Source: an uncultured virus (IMG/VR IMGVR_UViG_3300009177_000001)
Taxonomy: Duplodnaviria; Heunggongvirae; Uroviricota; Caudoviricetes
DNA: 54,466 bases
Reading direction: 5' to 3' (one strand)
Virus record (IMG/VR): IMGVR_UViG_3300009177_000001
In this document: positions 42,924-51,866 of the stretch, one piece after another
How positions within the stretch are numbered: the first letter of the stretch is position 1
Layout of the letters: every line of letters begins with the position of its first letter
The notes under the pieces: model-generated
Database searches by the model: none
What the model was told of the DNA's origin: nothing
What the model saw: the letters and a program-made list of their open reading frames with translations, nothing else
Made by a program: the position numbers and the translations under genes

Positions 42924-43361
42924 ATGAGCCAGACCCGAGTTCGCATCCAGCACCTCAACGCCTTTCTTCGCCCCGTCACCAGCACCGGGGAGCCGGTCGG
43001 TCACGCCTTCACCGTGCCGGTGACGACCACCGGGAAAGCCGACATGGGCGCCGAAGGGTGCATCGTCTCCGTGGAGGTCATCTTCAGCGCACCGAACGGG
43101 CAGATCACGCCGGCCATCGAGTGGTTGCCTGTGCAAGCGCTCGCGGATGGCGACGAGCCGTACTTTCCGCATCCTGCGCCTGCGCTCATCGTGGACACGC
43201 GCGTGCGGCACGCACACGATGGCCGACAGGGCCGGATCGTGGAGACGTCGCGGTACGCACCTGATGTCGTGCGGGTGCTGTGGGACGGCTCGGACAACCT
43301 GGACGACGCCGAGCCCGTCAACGTGAAGATCCTCACGGCGGCCTCGGGCGCCACAGTGTGA
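42924..43361 (+). CDS. Hypothetical protein
   Basis: GGAGGACACGCCAATG start. Confidence 0.7.
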   Translation: MSQTRVRIQHLNAFLRPVTSTGEPVGHAFTVPVTTTGKADMGAEGCIVSVEVIFSAPNGQITPAIEWLPVQALADGDEPYFPHPAPALIVDTRVRHAHDGRQGRIVETSRYAPDVVRVLWDGSDNLDDAEPVNVKILTAASGATV

Positions 43362-43441
43362 ATTTTCGCCACGTGACCGCCGCGCACAGAAGTGCTAAGT
43401 GCGCGGCGGTCGCGGGCGGAACCCAAACGAAAGGACCAATC

Positions 43442-43681
43442 ATGCATTCGATCGAATTCAAGGGGGGCGTCCTCAACCACCACGGTGACTGGTCGGGCAA
43501 CGTAGTCGTCAGCCTGATCGACCACAATAGCCGCGGTAGCGTCGTCACCACCGAAATGCTCGTGCCTGCCGCCGCGTTCAAGGCCGCTGCGGTGAAGCTC
43601 GTTAGCGCTAAGCTCGACAACGCCGTGGAGACGCTCGTCAGCAAGCTCTGCAAAGAGCTGTGCAACGACGAACCGGTGTAG
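43442..43681 (+). CDS. Hypothetical protein
   Basis: AAAGGA RBS. Confidence 0.55.
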   Translation: MHSIEFKGGVLNHHGDWSGNVVVSLIDHNSRGSVVTTEMLVPAAAFKAAAVKLVSAKLDNAVETLVSKLCKELCNDEPV

Positions 43682-43686
43682 CCCCG

Positions 43687-43974
43687 ATGAACCGCACCCT
43701 CAACCCTGTGGAACAGCTCGCCCGCCACACTTTCTTGCCCGAGGTCACGACCCGCTTCGAGGCGCCGCGCGCGAAGCCGGACTACACGTGGGGCACCACG
43801 TGGCTGCCGGTGTGGCGCCTCGAAGCGATCTATCGGGGCCGATATGCCTGCGTCCAGTGGCGCGAGGGCGAGGGGATCCAGCTCTACCGCGGTAACGCGT
43901 ACCCGGGCCGGCAGGTGGACGGTGTCGAGCGCGCGCGGGTGGCGCTGCTGGAGATCCTCGGCGTGAAGCCGTAG
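43687..43974 (+). CDS. Hypothetical protein
   Basis: In operon. Confidence 0.55.
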   Translation: MNRTLNPVEQLARHTFLPEVTTRFEAPRAKPDYTWGTTWLPVWRLEAIYRGRYACVQWREGEGIQLYRGNAYPGRQVDGVERARVALLEILGVKP

Positions 43975-44015
43975 GCACGCTACCTGCAGAGGCGATCAGG
44001 CTGGAGGACACGCCA

Positions 44016-44477
44016 ATGAAACTCACCCACCAGATGCAGCGGGTGCTCGACATCATCCGCACCGAAGGTTTCGCCGCCGCCGGCACGTACGTCGTGCCCG
44101 GCTGCGCATCGCGCGGCGAAGACATTGCGGCCAGCACGCTCAAGGCGCTCGAAGCCCGTGGTCTGGTCGAGCTGTACACGCACCAAGACGGCGTGCTGGC
44201 CGCGCGGCTGGCCGAGGCGCCTGGGGCGCTGCTGCCCATGCAGCCACCGGCCAAGACCAAGCTCTGGCTCGTCACGTTCGCCACCATCCAGCGCACGCAG
44301 ACGGCCGTGAGCCTCGGCGCCACGGCGGAAGAGGCCATCGATCGCATCCGCAAGTCGTGCGCGCCTGCAGGTGACCGCTGGGCTGCAGGCTCTGGCGTGC
44401 GCGGGTCGGTGATGCGCGAGAGCACGCCGCGCTTTACCGCCACGGAGATCACCGAAGGGTGGAGGTACGTGTCGTGA
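44016..44477 (+). CDS. Hypothetical protein, possible N-terminal winged helix
   Basis: KLT..MQRVL...STLKALEARGLV. Confidence 0.65.
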   Translation: MKLTHQMQRVLDIIRTEGFAAAGTYVVPGCASRGEDIAASTLKALEARGLVELYTHQDGVLAARLAEAPGALLPMQPPAKTKLWLVTFATIQRTQTAVSLGATAEEAIDRIRKSCAPAGDRWAAGSGVRGSVMRESTPRFTATEITEGWRYVS

Positions 44478-44725
44478 TCGGCCCTGCCGGTTTCATGGCG
44501 GCACCGCGTGCGAAACGCAGCCCGCCGCCTGCGCTTCCCCGCGACTTCGGTGATGGCTGGATGACCCGCAACGCCCGTGATCTCGCCAAGATCGCTGTGA
44601 CCTTCGGCGGCTTCGACGCGAAGCTGGTGGCGCGTCGGCTCGCTGCCGTCAACGGCCGGGGCTCGCGAATCAACGCAGCAACGGTCGAGCGCGTCCTTCA
44701 CGCGATACGCCAGGAGCACAAATGA
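44474..44725 (+). CDS. Small protein, possible HTH
   Basis: Coupled ORF. Confidence 0.45.
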   Translation: MIGPAGFMAAPRAKRSPPPALPRDFGDGWMTRNARDLAKIAVTFGGFDAKLVARRLAAVNGRGSRINAATVERVLHAIRQEHK

Positions 44726-44922
44726 CCTCGAACAGTTCAACTCCAAAGCGCCAGCTCGTCCACGGGCCCAAGGCCGCAGTCTGCCAGTGCGACGGCCGCA
44801 CGGAGACGCCGTACGTGTGTAGCACGTGCCGGACGCCGCTCTGTACGGCGTGCGCGGACAACTGCGGCTGCCCACGCTGCGACCTGACCGACGAGGGCTT
44901 CGCGCCTGACTGCACCCAATGA
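44722..44922 (+). CDS. Small Cys-rich zinc-finger-like protein
   Basis: Multiple CxxC. Confidence 0.55.
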   Translation: MTSNSSTPKRQLVHGPKAAVCQCDGRTETPYVCSTCRTPLCTACADNCGCPRCDLTDEGFAPDCTQ

Positions 44923-45146
44923 AAGGCGCGGTCGTCATTCACGCGAAGTGCGGCACGATGCCGGGCTGCTACCTGCGCATCTGCGAGGACATCGAGGGTC
45001 CGCCATCGGTTGGCGACGTGTTCACGGCCGTAGCGTCCACGCGCGCCGGCGTGCCTACGATTCCCGGCGAGAAGCCGCGTCAATGGCTGGTCACGGCGAT
45101 CAAGGGCGAGCCCCGCTACCAAATGTTCGTGCTGGAGGCTTGGTAA
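44919..45146 (+). CDS. Hypothetical protein
   Basis: ATGA coupling. Confidence 0.5.
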   Translation: MKGAVVIHAKCGTMPGCYLRICEDIEGPPSVGDVFTAVASTRAGVPTIPGEKPRQWLVTAIKGEPRYQMFVLEAW

Positions 45147-45739
45147 TGGCTCGATGTACCGGACCGTTGCAGACCTGTCGCTGTACCTATCACACGCGCT
45201 GGCGGCGCTTTATGGAGGCCGCTTCGGGCCTCTCTACGCACGCCGCTGCTGTGCTCATGGGGAACCATGGGACACGCGGCGTCAACTGGCGGGGGTGCGG
45301 TAAGAAGTACATGGCCGACATCTTCGCGGCGCAACAGGAGCATCGCATAGACGACGCTGTGATCGACGTGCTCCGACGCGCGCCGCGCGTGGTGCGGCAT
45401 CCGCCGAGGCCAGCGGCGCCGAAGCCCCCGTCGCGGTTCGATCAGCGCGAGCACGCGAAACGCCACCCGACCGTGCGCGGCTGGGCCATCGACCACGCCA
45501 ACGCCGTTCCGCACGACGCGGCCGTGGCGTGGAGTTCACAGGGTAGCGCCGACGCCACGGTTGCTTTCACGGTCATCCGCATGACGGACGACTTGTCGCT
45601 GCGTGTGACGGTCCCCGTGCCCTACGCCGTGCGGCTGTGGCAGCAGCTCGGCGACATCCTGCGCGCACACAAGGCCATCCGGGGCGGAACCGGGCACGTG
45701 ATCTGCAAGGAGCTGTCGCCAGGAGGAACACGCCAATGA
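45146..45739 (+). CDS. Hypothetical protein
   Basis: GGAGG RBS; TAATG coupling. Confidence 0.55.
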   Translation: MARCTGPLQTCRCTYHTRWRRFMEAASGLSTHAAAVLMGNHGTRGVNWRGCGKKYMADIFAAQQEHRIDDAVIDVLRRAPRVVRHPPRPAAPKPPSRFDQREHAKRHPTVRGWAIDHANAVPHDAAVAWSSQGSADATVAFTVIRMTDDLSLRVTVPVPYAVRLWQQLGDILRAHKAIRGGTGHVICKELSPGGTRQ

Positions 45740-46131
45740 GATGCGACAGCTGCAACAAGTTCGTGGGGCTCGACTTCAGCGATCCGGAGCTGGAGTCGAT
45801 AGAGGTAGACGGCACTAGCGCCACGGCCACCGTTCGCATCGTGCGCACCTGCTCTGACTGCGGGCAGGAGCTGAAGGAAGCTACGCTGGAGATGGAAGAC
45901 ACGTTCGATGGGCCGAAGGACGAAGACGCCGCGGGCGAGGACAAGGAGCACGATCTCTCGGTCGAGGATGACAGCGTCGAGCAGATCGAGGAGGGCGGCG
46001 GCCGGTACGCCAAGAGCTACTTCGGTGCGTCCGTGCGCTACACGGTGTCGTGCGCGTGCGGCTGCGGCTTCACGCACAGCGGGGACATGAGCGACAAGAT
46101 CGCGGCATCGCAGATGGACGAGATGGTCTGA
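45736..46131 (+). CDS. Acidic Cys-containing protein
   Basis: AGGAGGAACACGCCAATG start; CDSC and CSDC. Confidence 0.7.
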   Translation: MRCDSCNKFVGLDFSDPELESIEVDGTSATATVRIVRTCSDCGQELKEATLEMEDTFDGPKDEDAAGEDKEHDLSVEDDSVEQIEEGGGRYAKSYFGASVRYTVSCACGCGFTHSGDMSDKIAASQMDEMV

Positions 46132-46505
46132 TGGCCATTCAGCGCGGCGACTTCGTGCGCACGTGGTTCGACACCGGTGCCGGCAAGATGGGCGGCATGC
46201 AGATCCTTTACGGGCGCTGCACCGCCGCCGGTGCGAAGGCGTTCTACGTCGTGTGGGAAAGTGGCCACACGAACCGGGTGCGGCGCGCCAGCCCGGGAGA
46301 CGTGCAGTTCTGCGCCACAGCTGACGTCGATCCGGCTGCGGTACGCCGGCTGTCCGAGTACGTCGATCCACGCCTCGAAGATATGGACGATGCCGGGCTT
46401 TCCGCAGCGCTGGAAGGGGCCCGCTGCAGCAAGTGTGGCACGACCAAGGGCACGTTCGTCTCGCTCACCCGCTGCTGGCCATGCGATCGCGAGGTGACGA
46501 CATGA
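46131..46505 (+). CDS. Hypothetical protein with C-terminal zinc ribbon
   Basis: TGATG coupling. Confidence 0.55.
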   Translation: MAIQRGDFVRTWFDTGAGKMGGMQILYGRCTAAGAKAFYVVWESGHTNRVRRASPGDVQFCATADVDPAAVRRLSEYVDPRLEDMDDAGLSAALEGARCSKCGTTKGTFVSLTRCWPCDREVTT

Positions 46506-46714
46506 AAACCAAGCACACCCACAAGTGGCGCGTCTACAGCACAGCGCTATGCCCCAGCCCAGCGATCAGCGTTGGTTGCGCGTGCGGTGCTGACGGCTGG
46601 ATCGGCCGGCGCGACTTCGAACAATCCGATTGGAACCGCGCCTTCCACGCGCCGAGCCGCTCGTATCCGCTGCGCAAGGGGTTGGTACCGTACGTGCACG
46701 TGAGCAAGCAGTAG
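46502..46714 (+). CDS. Hypothetical protein
   Basis: GAGG RBS; coupled. Confidence 0.55.
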   Translation: MKTKHTHKWRVYSTALCPSPAISVGCACGADGWIGRRDFEQSDWNRAFHAPSRSYPLRKGLVPYVHVSKQ

Positions 46715-46727
46715 AGGAGAACACGCC

Positions 46728-47732
46728 ATGGCCCGCACGAAGTACCGCAACACGCAGTTCAAGACCGAGTCGCTTGCACGCATCAAGCAACTGCAGACGA
46801 TCGTCGACGAGTATCAGAAGCAAGGGCTCACGCTCACCGCGCGCCAGCTTTACTACCAGTGCGTTGCGCGCGCGTTGATCCACAACAACGACAAGGAGTA
46901 CAAGCGCATAACGGCCTTGCTCACGGACGCGCGCTACGCCGGCATGATCGACTGGGACGCGATCGAGGACAGGGGCCGCGAGCCGAGCACGCCCAGTCAG
47001 TGGAGCGATCCTGCGGCGCTGATGGAGTCCGCGCTTCGCGCCTACCGGCTGCCGCGCTGGGAAGGGCAGGAACGCTACGTCGAGCTATGGGTGGAGAAGC
47101 AAGCGCTTGCCGGTGTGCTCGAACCCCTTGCGCGCGAGCATCACGCCACACTGCTCGTGAACAAGGGCTACGGTTCGGCCAGCTCGATGAAGGAGGCTGC
47201 CGAGCGTATCAAGAAGGCGCAGGTGCTCGACCAAGAGCTGTTCGACGACATCCGGACGCGGCTCGAACGCTCGGATGATCTCGACGAGGGGACCGAGGAG
47301 CGCCGCGAAGCCAAGGAGTTCATGCGCTTGAATATCGAGGGCGCCATCCGCACGCCGGTGATCTTGTACCTCGGCGACCACGATCCCAGCGGCGAGGACA
47401 TGGTGCGCGACATCGGCGAGCGCCTCAAGGAGTTCGGTGTGCTCTGGCTGCAAGTGGAGAAGGTGGCGCTCACGATGGCACAGGTGAAGCGCTATAACCC
47501 ACCGCCGAACCCGGCGAAGATCACCGACCCGCGCGCCGACGCCTACCGCGCGAAGTTCGGCGACAGCTCGTGGGAGGTGGATGCGCTACCGCCGGACGTG
47601 CTGCGCCGGATCATCCGCCAGGCGTTCGCGAAGCACATCGACACGGCGAAGGTCGCGGCCGTCAAGGCGCGCGAGGAGGCCGACAAGGCGGAGCTGCGGA
47701 AGGCCGTGGCTTCGATCATGGAGAAGCGCTGA
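46728..47732 (+). CDS. Toprim-domain protein of Topo VI-A/Spo11/JetD-like type
   Basis: TARQLYY (wHTH Tyr), VELWVEK, NKGY, YLGDHDPSG (DxD), WEVDAL. Confidence 0.8.
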   Translation: MARTKYRNTQFKTESLARIKQLQTIVDEYQKQGLTLTARQLYYQCVARALIHNNDKEYKRITALLTDARYAGMIDWDAIEDRGREPSTPSQWSDPAALMESALRAYRLPRWEGQERYVELWVEKQALAGVLEPLAREHHATLLVNKGYGSASSMKEAAERIKKAQVLDQELFDDIRTRLERSDDLDEGTEERREAKEFMRLNIEGAIRTPVILYLGDHDPSGEDMVRDIGERLKEFGVLWLQVEKVALTMAQVKRYNPPPNPAKITDPRADAYRAKFGDSSWEVDALPPDVLRRIIRQAFAKHIDTAKVAAVKAREEADKAELRKAVASIMEKR

Positions 47733-47812
47733 GTGCACCTCGCGCTTCTTTTCTTCGCCGCGCTCGTTCTGCCTTGGTTGGTGTGGTGGCTCATTCCCGG
47801 GGGGTAACCGTT

Positions 47813-48067
47813 ATGTCCGTTGACGACGATGACTCAGTAGAGATCGATTTCGAGGTCGGCACGCATGGCAAGACCACGCCGGCGTACGAGATGCCGCCGC
47901 TGCCAGCCAATCACGCGTGCTCGTGGCTCGGTGGCTGGTGCGCGCATCCGCTCTGCCCCTGCTGCGGCCCCATCCTGGCGAAGAACGATCCACGTTGGCT
48001 GCCAGACGCCGAGCTGGAGGAGGAGATCGCGCGTGTCGTGGGCAGCCTACGCGAGGTGCCGTCGTGA
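47813..48067 (+). CDS. Hypothetical Cys-containing protein
   Basis: In operon. Confidence 0.45.
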   Translation: MSVDDDDSVEIDFEVGTHGKTTPAYEMPPLPANHACSWLGGWCAHPLCPCCGPILAKNDPRWLPDAELEEEIARVVGSLREVPS

Positions 48068-48249
48068 TCCGGTGGCTACGTGCACTGGTACGGCGGACGT
48101 GGATGTGCGCGCGCTGTGGCGCGGCCGTCGCGCGCGGACGGCACCTGTGCAGCTTGTGCGGTACGGTGCTGGAGTTCGACATGGAGGTGCAGCGCTGGAA
48201 CGCGCTGCAGGCCGGTGATGAGATCGTGGTGAAGGTTCTGGTGCCGTGA
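48064..48249 (+). CDS. Small zinc-ribbon protein
   Basis: CARC...CSLC. Confidence 0.5.
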   Translation: MIRWLRALVRRTWMCARCGAAVARGRHLCSLCGTVLEFDMEVQRWNALQAGDEIVVKVLVP

Positions 48250-48606
48250 AGCACGGGCTCGTCGCACGCGTGTTCGGCCCACGGACGCACGGCGTGCTGG
48301 ATGAGCGTGGAACGCGCTGCCACTCGATCACGATCGGGCACAACAGGCGCATTTCATGCTCGTGTAGTGGATGGACAATAGACGTGCCAGAAGCGCTGGT
48401 AGCTGCCGGAATCAAAGGCAACCCATGCGCGCACCTCGACGCGCTATACGATGGCCCGCGTGACAGAAGACAGACACGAAGCAAAACGGCACGAGTACAA
48501 GTACGCCTATCGTGGCACAGGCCAGCGGCTCTACTACGTCGAGTTCACCGAACTCGGCGCGACGATGTTTCGCCACCGCTACGCCGCGCAGGCGCTGCTC
48601 AAATGA
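48246..48606 (+). pseudogene. SWIM zinc-finger protein with apparent 1-nt frameshift near 48455-48457
   Basis: CSC...CAH SWIM motif; protein-like reading continues in another frame (48460-48606) ending at ATGA overlap. Confidence 0.5.
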
Positions 48607-49079
48607 GACGCGCGGTCGACTACTCCGGCGAGATCGAAGCGAAGCTGCGCGCCGAAGGGCTCCTGCCGGTGCGTAGCGGACCGTTCGAGGTAGACACGCG
48701 ATCGACTATCCGCACCAACCGAGTTGGCGTCGAGGCCATGCTTCGAGCGCTCGGGTGCACATGGCAGGTGCACAACACGCATCCGAACGGGAGAGGTGCG
48801 ACCGAGATGTGGGTGACGCCGGCCGTCTACGCTGACCTGCTCGCCGTAGCGGCAGCGCGCGTGTATTCGACCCGTATGCTTTCCTACAGCCTGCCCAAGG
48901 TGGCGCGCACGCTCGCGAAGGTGCCCGAGACGTTCCGGAGCTTCTGTGCCGCCCTGGCGCTCGGGGCGTGTGGTCCACAGCTCACCGAGATCCTGGCACA
49001 TGTGCCTAGGCCGCACTGCCGTATGTGTAGCCCCGGCGCCACAGCTGCATTTCAGCGCGTGAAAACTGGCGGGCGTTAG
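48603..49079 (+). CDS. Hypothetical protein
   Basis: ATG 48603 overlaps the stop of the shifted upstream frame. Confidence 0.5.
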   Translation: MRRAVDYSGEIEAKLRAEGLLPVRSGPFEVDTRSTIRTNRVGVEAMLRALGCTWQVHNTHPNGRGATEMWVTPAVYADLLAVAAARVYSTRMLSYSLPKVARTLAKVPETFRSFCAALALGACGPQLTEILAHVPRPHCRMCSPGATAAFQRVKTGGR

Positions 49080-49130
49080 CTGGCACGGGGTATGCTGGAT
49101 GTCCAGCACGAAAAGGAACACTGGGACCAA

Positions 49131-49388
49131 ATGGCAAACTTGTACATGTGCACCCGAAATCAAGGTAACTCCTGCTTGGGGGTTTTTCGCGCGGAAGAAC
49201 TCATCGAAGTTTTATCCCCCGCGAAAGACTCGTTTGCGGAGCTAGAGCTGGTCGAGTTTCTCACACATGCGCACACCGGTGACACTTGCGTGTGGCAATA
49301 CTACTACCCTGCTGGTGTCGTAGGACCAGGCTACGACAGCCGCGTGTTCATCACGTGCCTGTCCGTTTTCAAAGGAACACACCGATGA
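49131..49388 (+). CDS. Hypothetical protein
   Basis: ATG after sigma-54 promoter and AAGGA. Confidence 0.55.
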   Translation: MANLYMCTRNQGNSCLGVFRAEELIEVLSPAKDSFAELELVEFLTHAHTGDTCVWQYYYPAGVVGPGYDSRVFITCLSVFKGTHR

Positions 49389-49873
49389 AACGCCAACATC
49401 GTCCGGTCCGTGGGCTCCTACTCCTCGCGCTCGCCCTCTTCTTCGCTGCGGGCTCATCCTGCGGCGCCGCCGGCAAGCTCGTCAGCCACCTCGTGCTCCG
49501 CTTCGTCGGCCTGGGTGGTCTGGTGATCCTCTGCACCACGCTGGTGGCGATCGCGGCCATCTACCTCGTCCCGCCGGGCGCCGTGGCCCGCTGGATGACA
49601 CGCGTGCGCGAGGATCGCCGGGAGGCGCGCCGGGAGCGCCGGCGGCAGCTGCGGCAGGCCGTCGTGCACGCTCCCGCGGTCGTGGCGGCGCCGCCGGTCG
49701 AGGCGCCACAGGATCGGATGATGCGCGAGCGGGTGCGCGCGGCCATGAAGGGGCTGGGGTACAAGCCGTTCGAGTTCGAGGCGTTCGTGCAGGAGATGGA
49801 CACGGCGCAGCCGGTGGAGCTGCTCGTGCGTGAGGGGCTGCGGAAGATGCAGGAGAGGCGGGCGGTGTCATGA
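49385..49873 (+). CDS. Membrane protein with C-terminal RuvA domain III-like motif
   Basis: AAMKGLGYKPFE...VELLVREGLRKM. Confidence 0.6.
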   Translation: MKRQHRPVRGLLLLALALFFAAGSSCGAAGKLVSHLVLRFVGLGGLVILCTTLVAIAAIYLVPPGAVARWMTRVREDRREARRERRRQLRQAVVHAPAVVAAPPVEAPQDRMMRERVRAAMKGLGYKPFEFEAFVQEMDTAQPVELLVREGLRKMQERRAVS

Positions 49874-50379
49874 CCTGGTTGCTGCTCCTGCTCGCCGCTT
49901 TCCCGCCCGACCCGATCCCCTACTTCAAGCCGGACTGCAGCTGCACGTCCACAGCACCGGCGCCGTTCGTGCCCGCGCCTCCGCACCCGTACAACCCGCC
50001 ACCTCCGCATCCGATCGCCTACGAGTGCGCGATTGACGACGCGGCCTGCATCCAGCGCCACGACGACCAGGCCGTGCTGTGGGCGAGCACGTTCGGGCTG
50101 GAGTGGTGCGACGAGGCCACCGACGTCGACGTGTGCCGAACCACCGTGCGTGCGCTCGAATGGGACTACACGCCGCGCATCGACCCTTGCCTATGGGTGG
50201 TCCGCATCGACGGCGAGTGGGCCACGCTCCTCAAGCCGGCAAACGGGCGCACGCTGGTGGTGCACGCTCAGCCGGGGTGGAAGCCAAAGGCGTTCACCGG
50301 TGGCGCAGCTTCGCGATGCGGAAGCCGCGCCGGCGATCCTTCGGGAACACCCCCACGCGAGGCTCACGGCGCTCGGTAG
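49870..50379 (+). CDS. Secreted/anchored Pro- and Cys-rich protein
   Basis: N-terminal hydrophobic stretch. Confidence 0.5.
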   Translation: MTWLLLLLAAFPPDPIPYFKPDCSCTSTAPAPFVPAPPHPYNPPPPHPIAYECAIDDAACIQRHDDQAVLWASTFGLEWCDEATDVDVCRTTVRALEWDYTPRIDPCLWVVRIDGEWATLLKPANGRTLVVHAQPGWKPKAFTGGAASRCGSRAGDPSGTPPREAHGAR

Positions 50380-50442
50380 GACCCCGGCGGCGCTCGGCCT
50401 CCGCCAGCTCGCGCTCGACCGCTGTGAGGTAGGGCGGGAGCT

Positions 50443-50721
50443 TCAGCGGTGCTTCCGGCGGCGCGCGCCCGTCAGGTACGAACGTTGGCCTTGCCGCGCA
50501 AGGCATGCCGCATACGCCTTCACGAGAATGGTGCGCGTGCCGCGCCGTCCGGCCGCGTTCGACATCTTCGTGTGCACGAAATCACCTTCCATCTCGGCGC
50601 GCTTGAAGGCGTTCAGCGCTCGGTCGCAATCTCCAGCGCGGAGCGCCTGGCGCACTTTCTGGATCCGACCCGCGGCGGCCGTCCGGCGTCGCTGGTAGCG
50701 TTTCGTGCGCCGGGCCATCAC
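50443..50721 (-). CDS. Small Arg-rich protein
   Basis: MARRTKR...LTGARRRKHR. Confidence 0.6.
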   Translation of the reverse strand: MMARRTKRYQRRRTAAAGRIQKVRQALRAGDCDRALNAFKRAEMEGDFVHTKMSNAAGRRGTRTILVKAYAACLARQGQRSYLTGARRRKHR

Positions 50722-51131
50722 CCCACGCCGTTCTCGCGCATGAAGCTCTCGTTGAACGCCTTGGCCACCTCGCGGCGGTCGGCCGTCGAGAACATCTTGT
50801 GCCAGGGCGATCCGTCGCCGAACTCCTTGGCGTACTTCCGCGCGCAGTTGTCCGCGAGGTAGCCCCAGAGCTTCACGGCCTTCGTCTTGTCGAAGATGCC
50901 CTTGGTGATCTTCTTCGCCAGGTTCTTCTCGATCGGCTGCACCTGCTGGCGGTAGAGATCGCCGTCGTTCTCACAGAAGAGCTGCAGCTCACGCACCTCG
51001 TGCGGTCCGCGCAAGCCCCGGCGGCCGGAGGCACCGTTCAGCCCGCGCGTGCCCTTCGCGCCCCAGACACCAACCGCGACGGCGCCGAGGGCGAGCCCGA
51101 AGCCGGCGAAGATCGCTGTGTTGGTCGTCAT
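50718..51131 (-). CDS. N-anchored protein with conserved phage domain
   Basis: TM, then ELQLFCENDGDLYRQ...KG.FD..KA.KLW. Confidence 0.65.
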   Translation of the reverse strand: MTTNTAIFAGFGLALGAVAVGVWGAKGTRGLNGASGRRGLRGPHEVRELQLFCENDGDLYRQQVQPIEKNLAKKITKGIFDKTKAVKLWGYLADNCARKYAKEFGDGSPWHKMFSTADRREVAKAFNESFMRENGVG

Positions 51132-51385
51132 CGGCACTTTACCTTCCACCCGGTGTGGAGCGGGTGCTGCCAGTGTTGCTCGGCCTCGGCGCGCGACGCA
51201 ACACGCATGGTGACCTCGGGGCCCACGCCGCGCATGTGCTCCCGCGGACGAACGATCGTCTTCCCAGTGCGGCGGTCCGTGATCGCGTAGAGCACGTTCT
51301 TCACGCCACCGCGCCACCCGCGGGCCTCCGAGTAGCGCGGCAGCGTCGCTCGGGTGACACAGGAGGCGGCACGCTTGGCCGGCAT
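51128..51385 (-). CDS. Small basic protein
   Basis: Coupled ORF. Confidence 0.55.
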   Translation of the reverse strand: MPAKRAASCVTRATLPRYSEARGWRGGVKNVLYAITDRRTGKTIVRPREHMRGVGPEVTMRVASRAEAEQHWQHPLHTGWKVKCR

Positions 51386-51594
51386 CAGCGGCAGAGCCTC
51401 TGCAGATACTGGTGGAACATCCGGCCGCGCGAGCCCGGCGCGCTCTTCGACTTGCGGTAGCCCACGCGTCGCGCCTCATCCACGAGCGCGCTCACCTTCG
51501 AGGTGGACAGCGCGTGGAAGTCCTCGGCGGCTTGCACGCCGACGCGCGCGAGGATGTTGCAGGCATCGGCGCGGGAGATGCGACGGCGGGCCAT
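51385..51594 (-). CDS. Small basic protein
   Basis: DFHAL...GYRK.K.A.GSRGRMF motif. Confidence 0.6.
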   Translation of the reverse strand: MARRRISRADACNILARVGVQAAEDFHALSTSKVSALVDEARRVGYRKSKSAPGSRGRMFHQYLQRLCR

Positions 51595-51857
51595 CAGACG
51601 AACCGCGATCCCTTCCGCGCTCGGTCAGCCGGCAGCCCCCGCGTCGCGTGCGTCGCCGCGTAGAGCTTCCTCCCCGCGCGCACCACCGTCACGTTCGCGC
51701 CGTCGATGCGCCGGTGTCCGACGAGCTTGCCGCACACGGCCTTCGCCATGACCGTGTCCCAGCTGTCATCGCGCGACGTCTTCCATCGGCCGCGTGCGCC
51801 GCCTTCGTACTCGTACTTGTAGCCTGATGCCAGGCAGACGCGCCGCTGCTTCACCAA
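51594..51857 (-). CDS. Small basic protein
   Basis: GGAGG RBS; TTG start. Confidence 0.55.
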   Translation of the reverse strand: MVKQRRVCLASGYKYEYEGGARGRWKTSRDDSWDTVMAKAVCGKLVGHRRIDGANVTVVRAGRKLYAATHATRGLPADRARKGSRFV

Positions 51858-51866
51858 CAGCCTCCG

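Larger units (their letters stand above)
40650..49096. promoter_or_regulatory. Eight sigma-54-type (-24/-12) promoters
   Basis: GGCA(C/T)G-N5-TGC with exact GG-N10-GC spacing at 40650(-), 41566(-), 41728, 42371, 42882, 43973, 45692, 49081 (+), each ~25-50 nt before a start codon. Confidence 0.75.
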
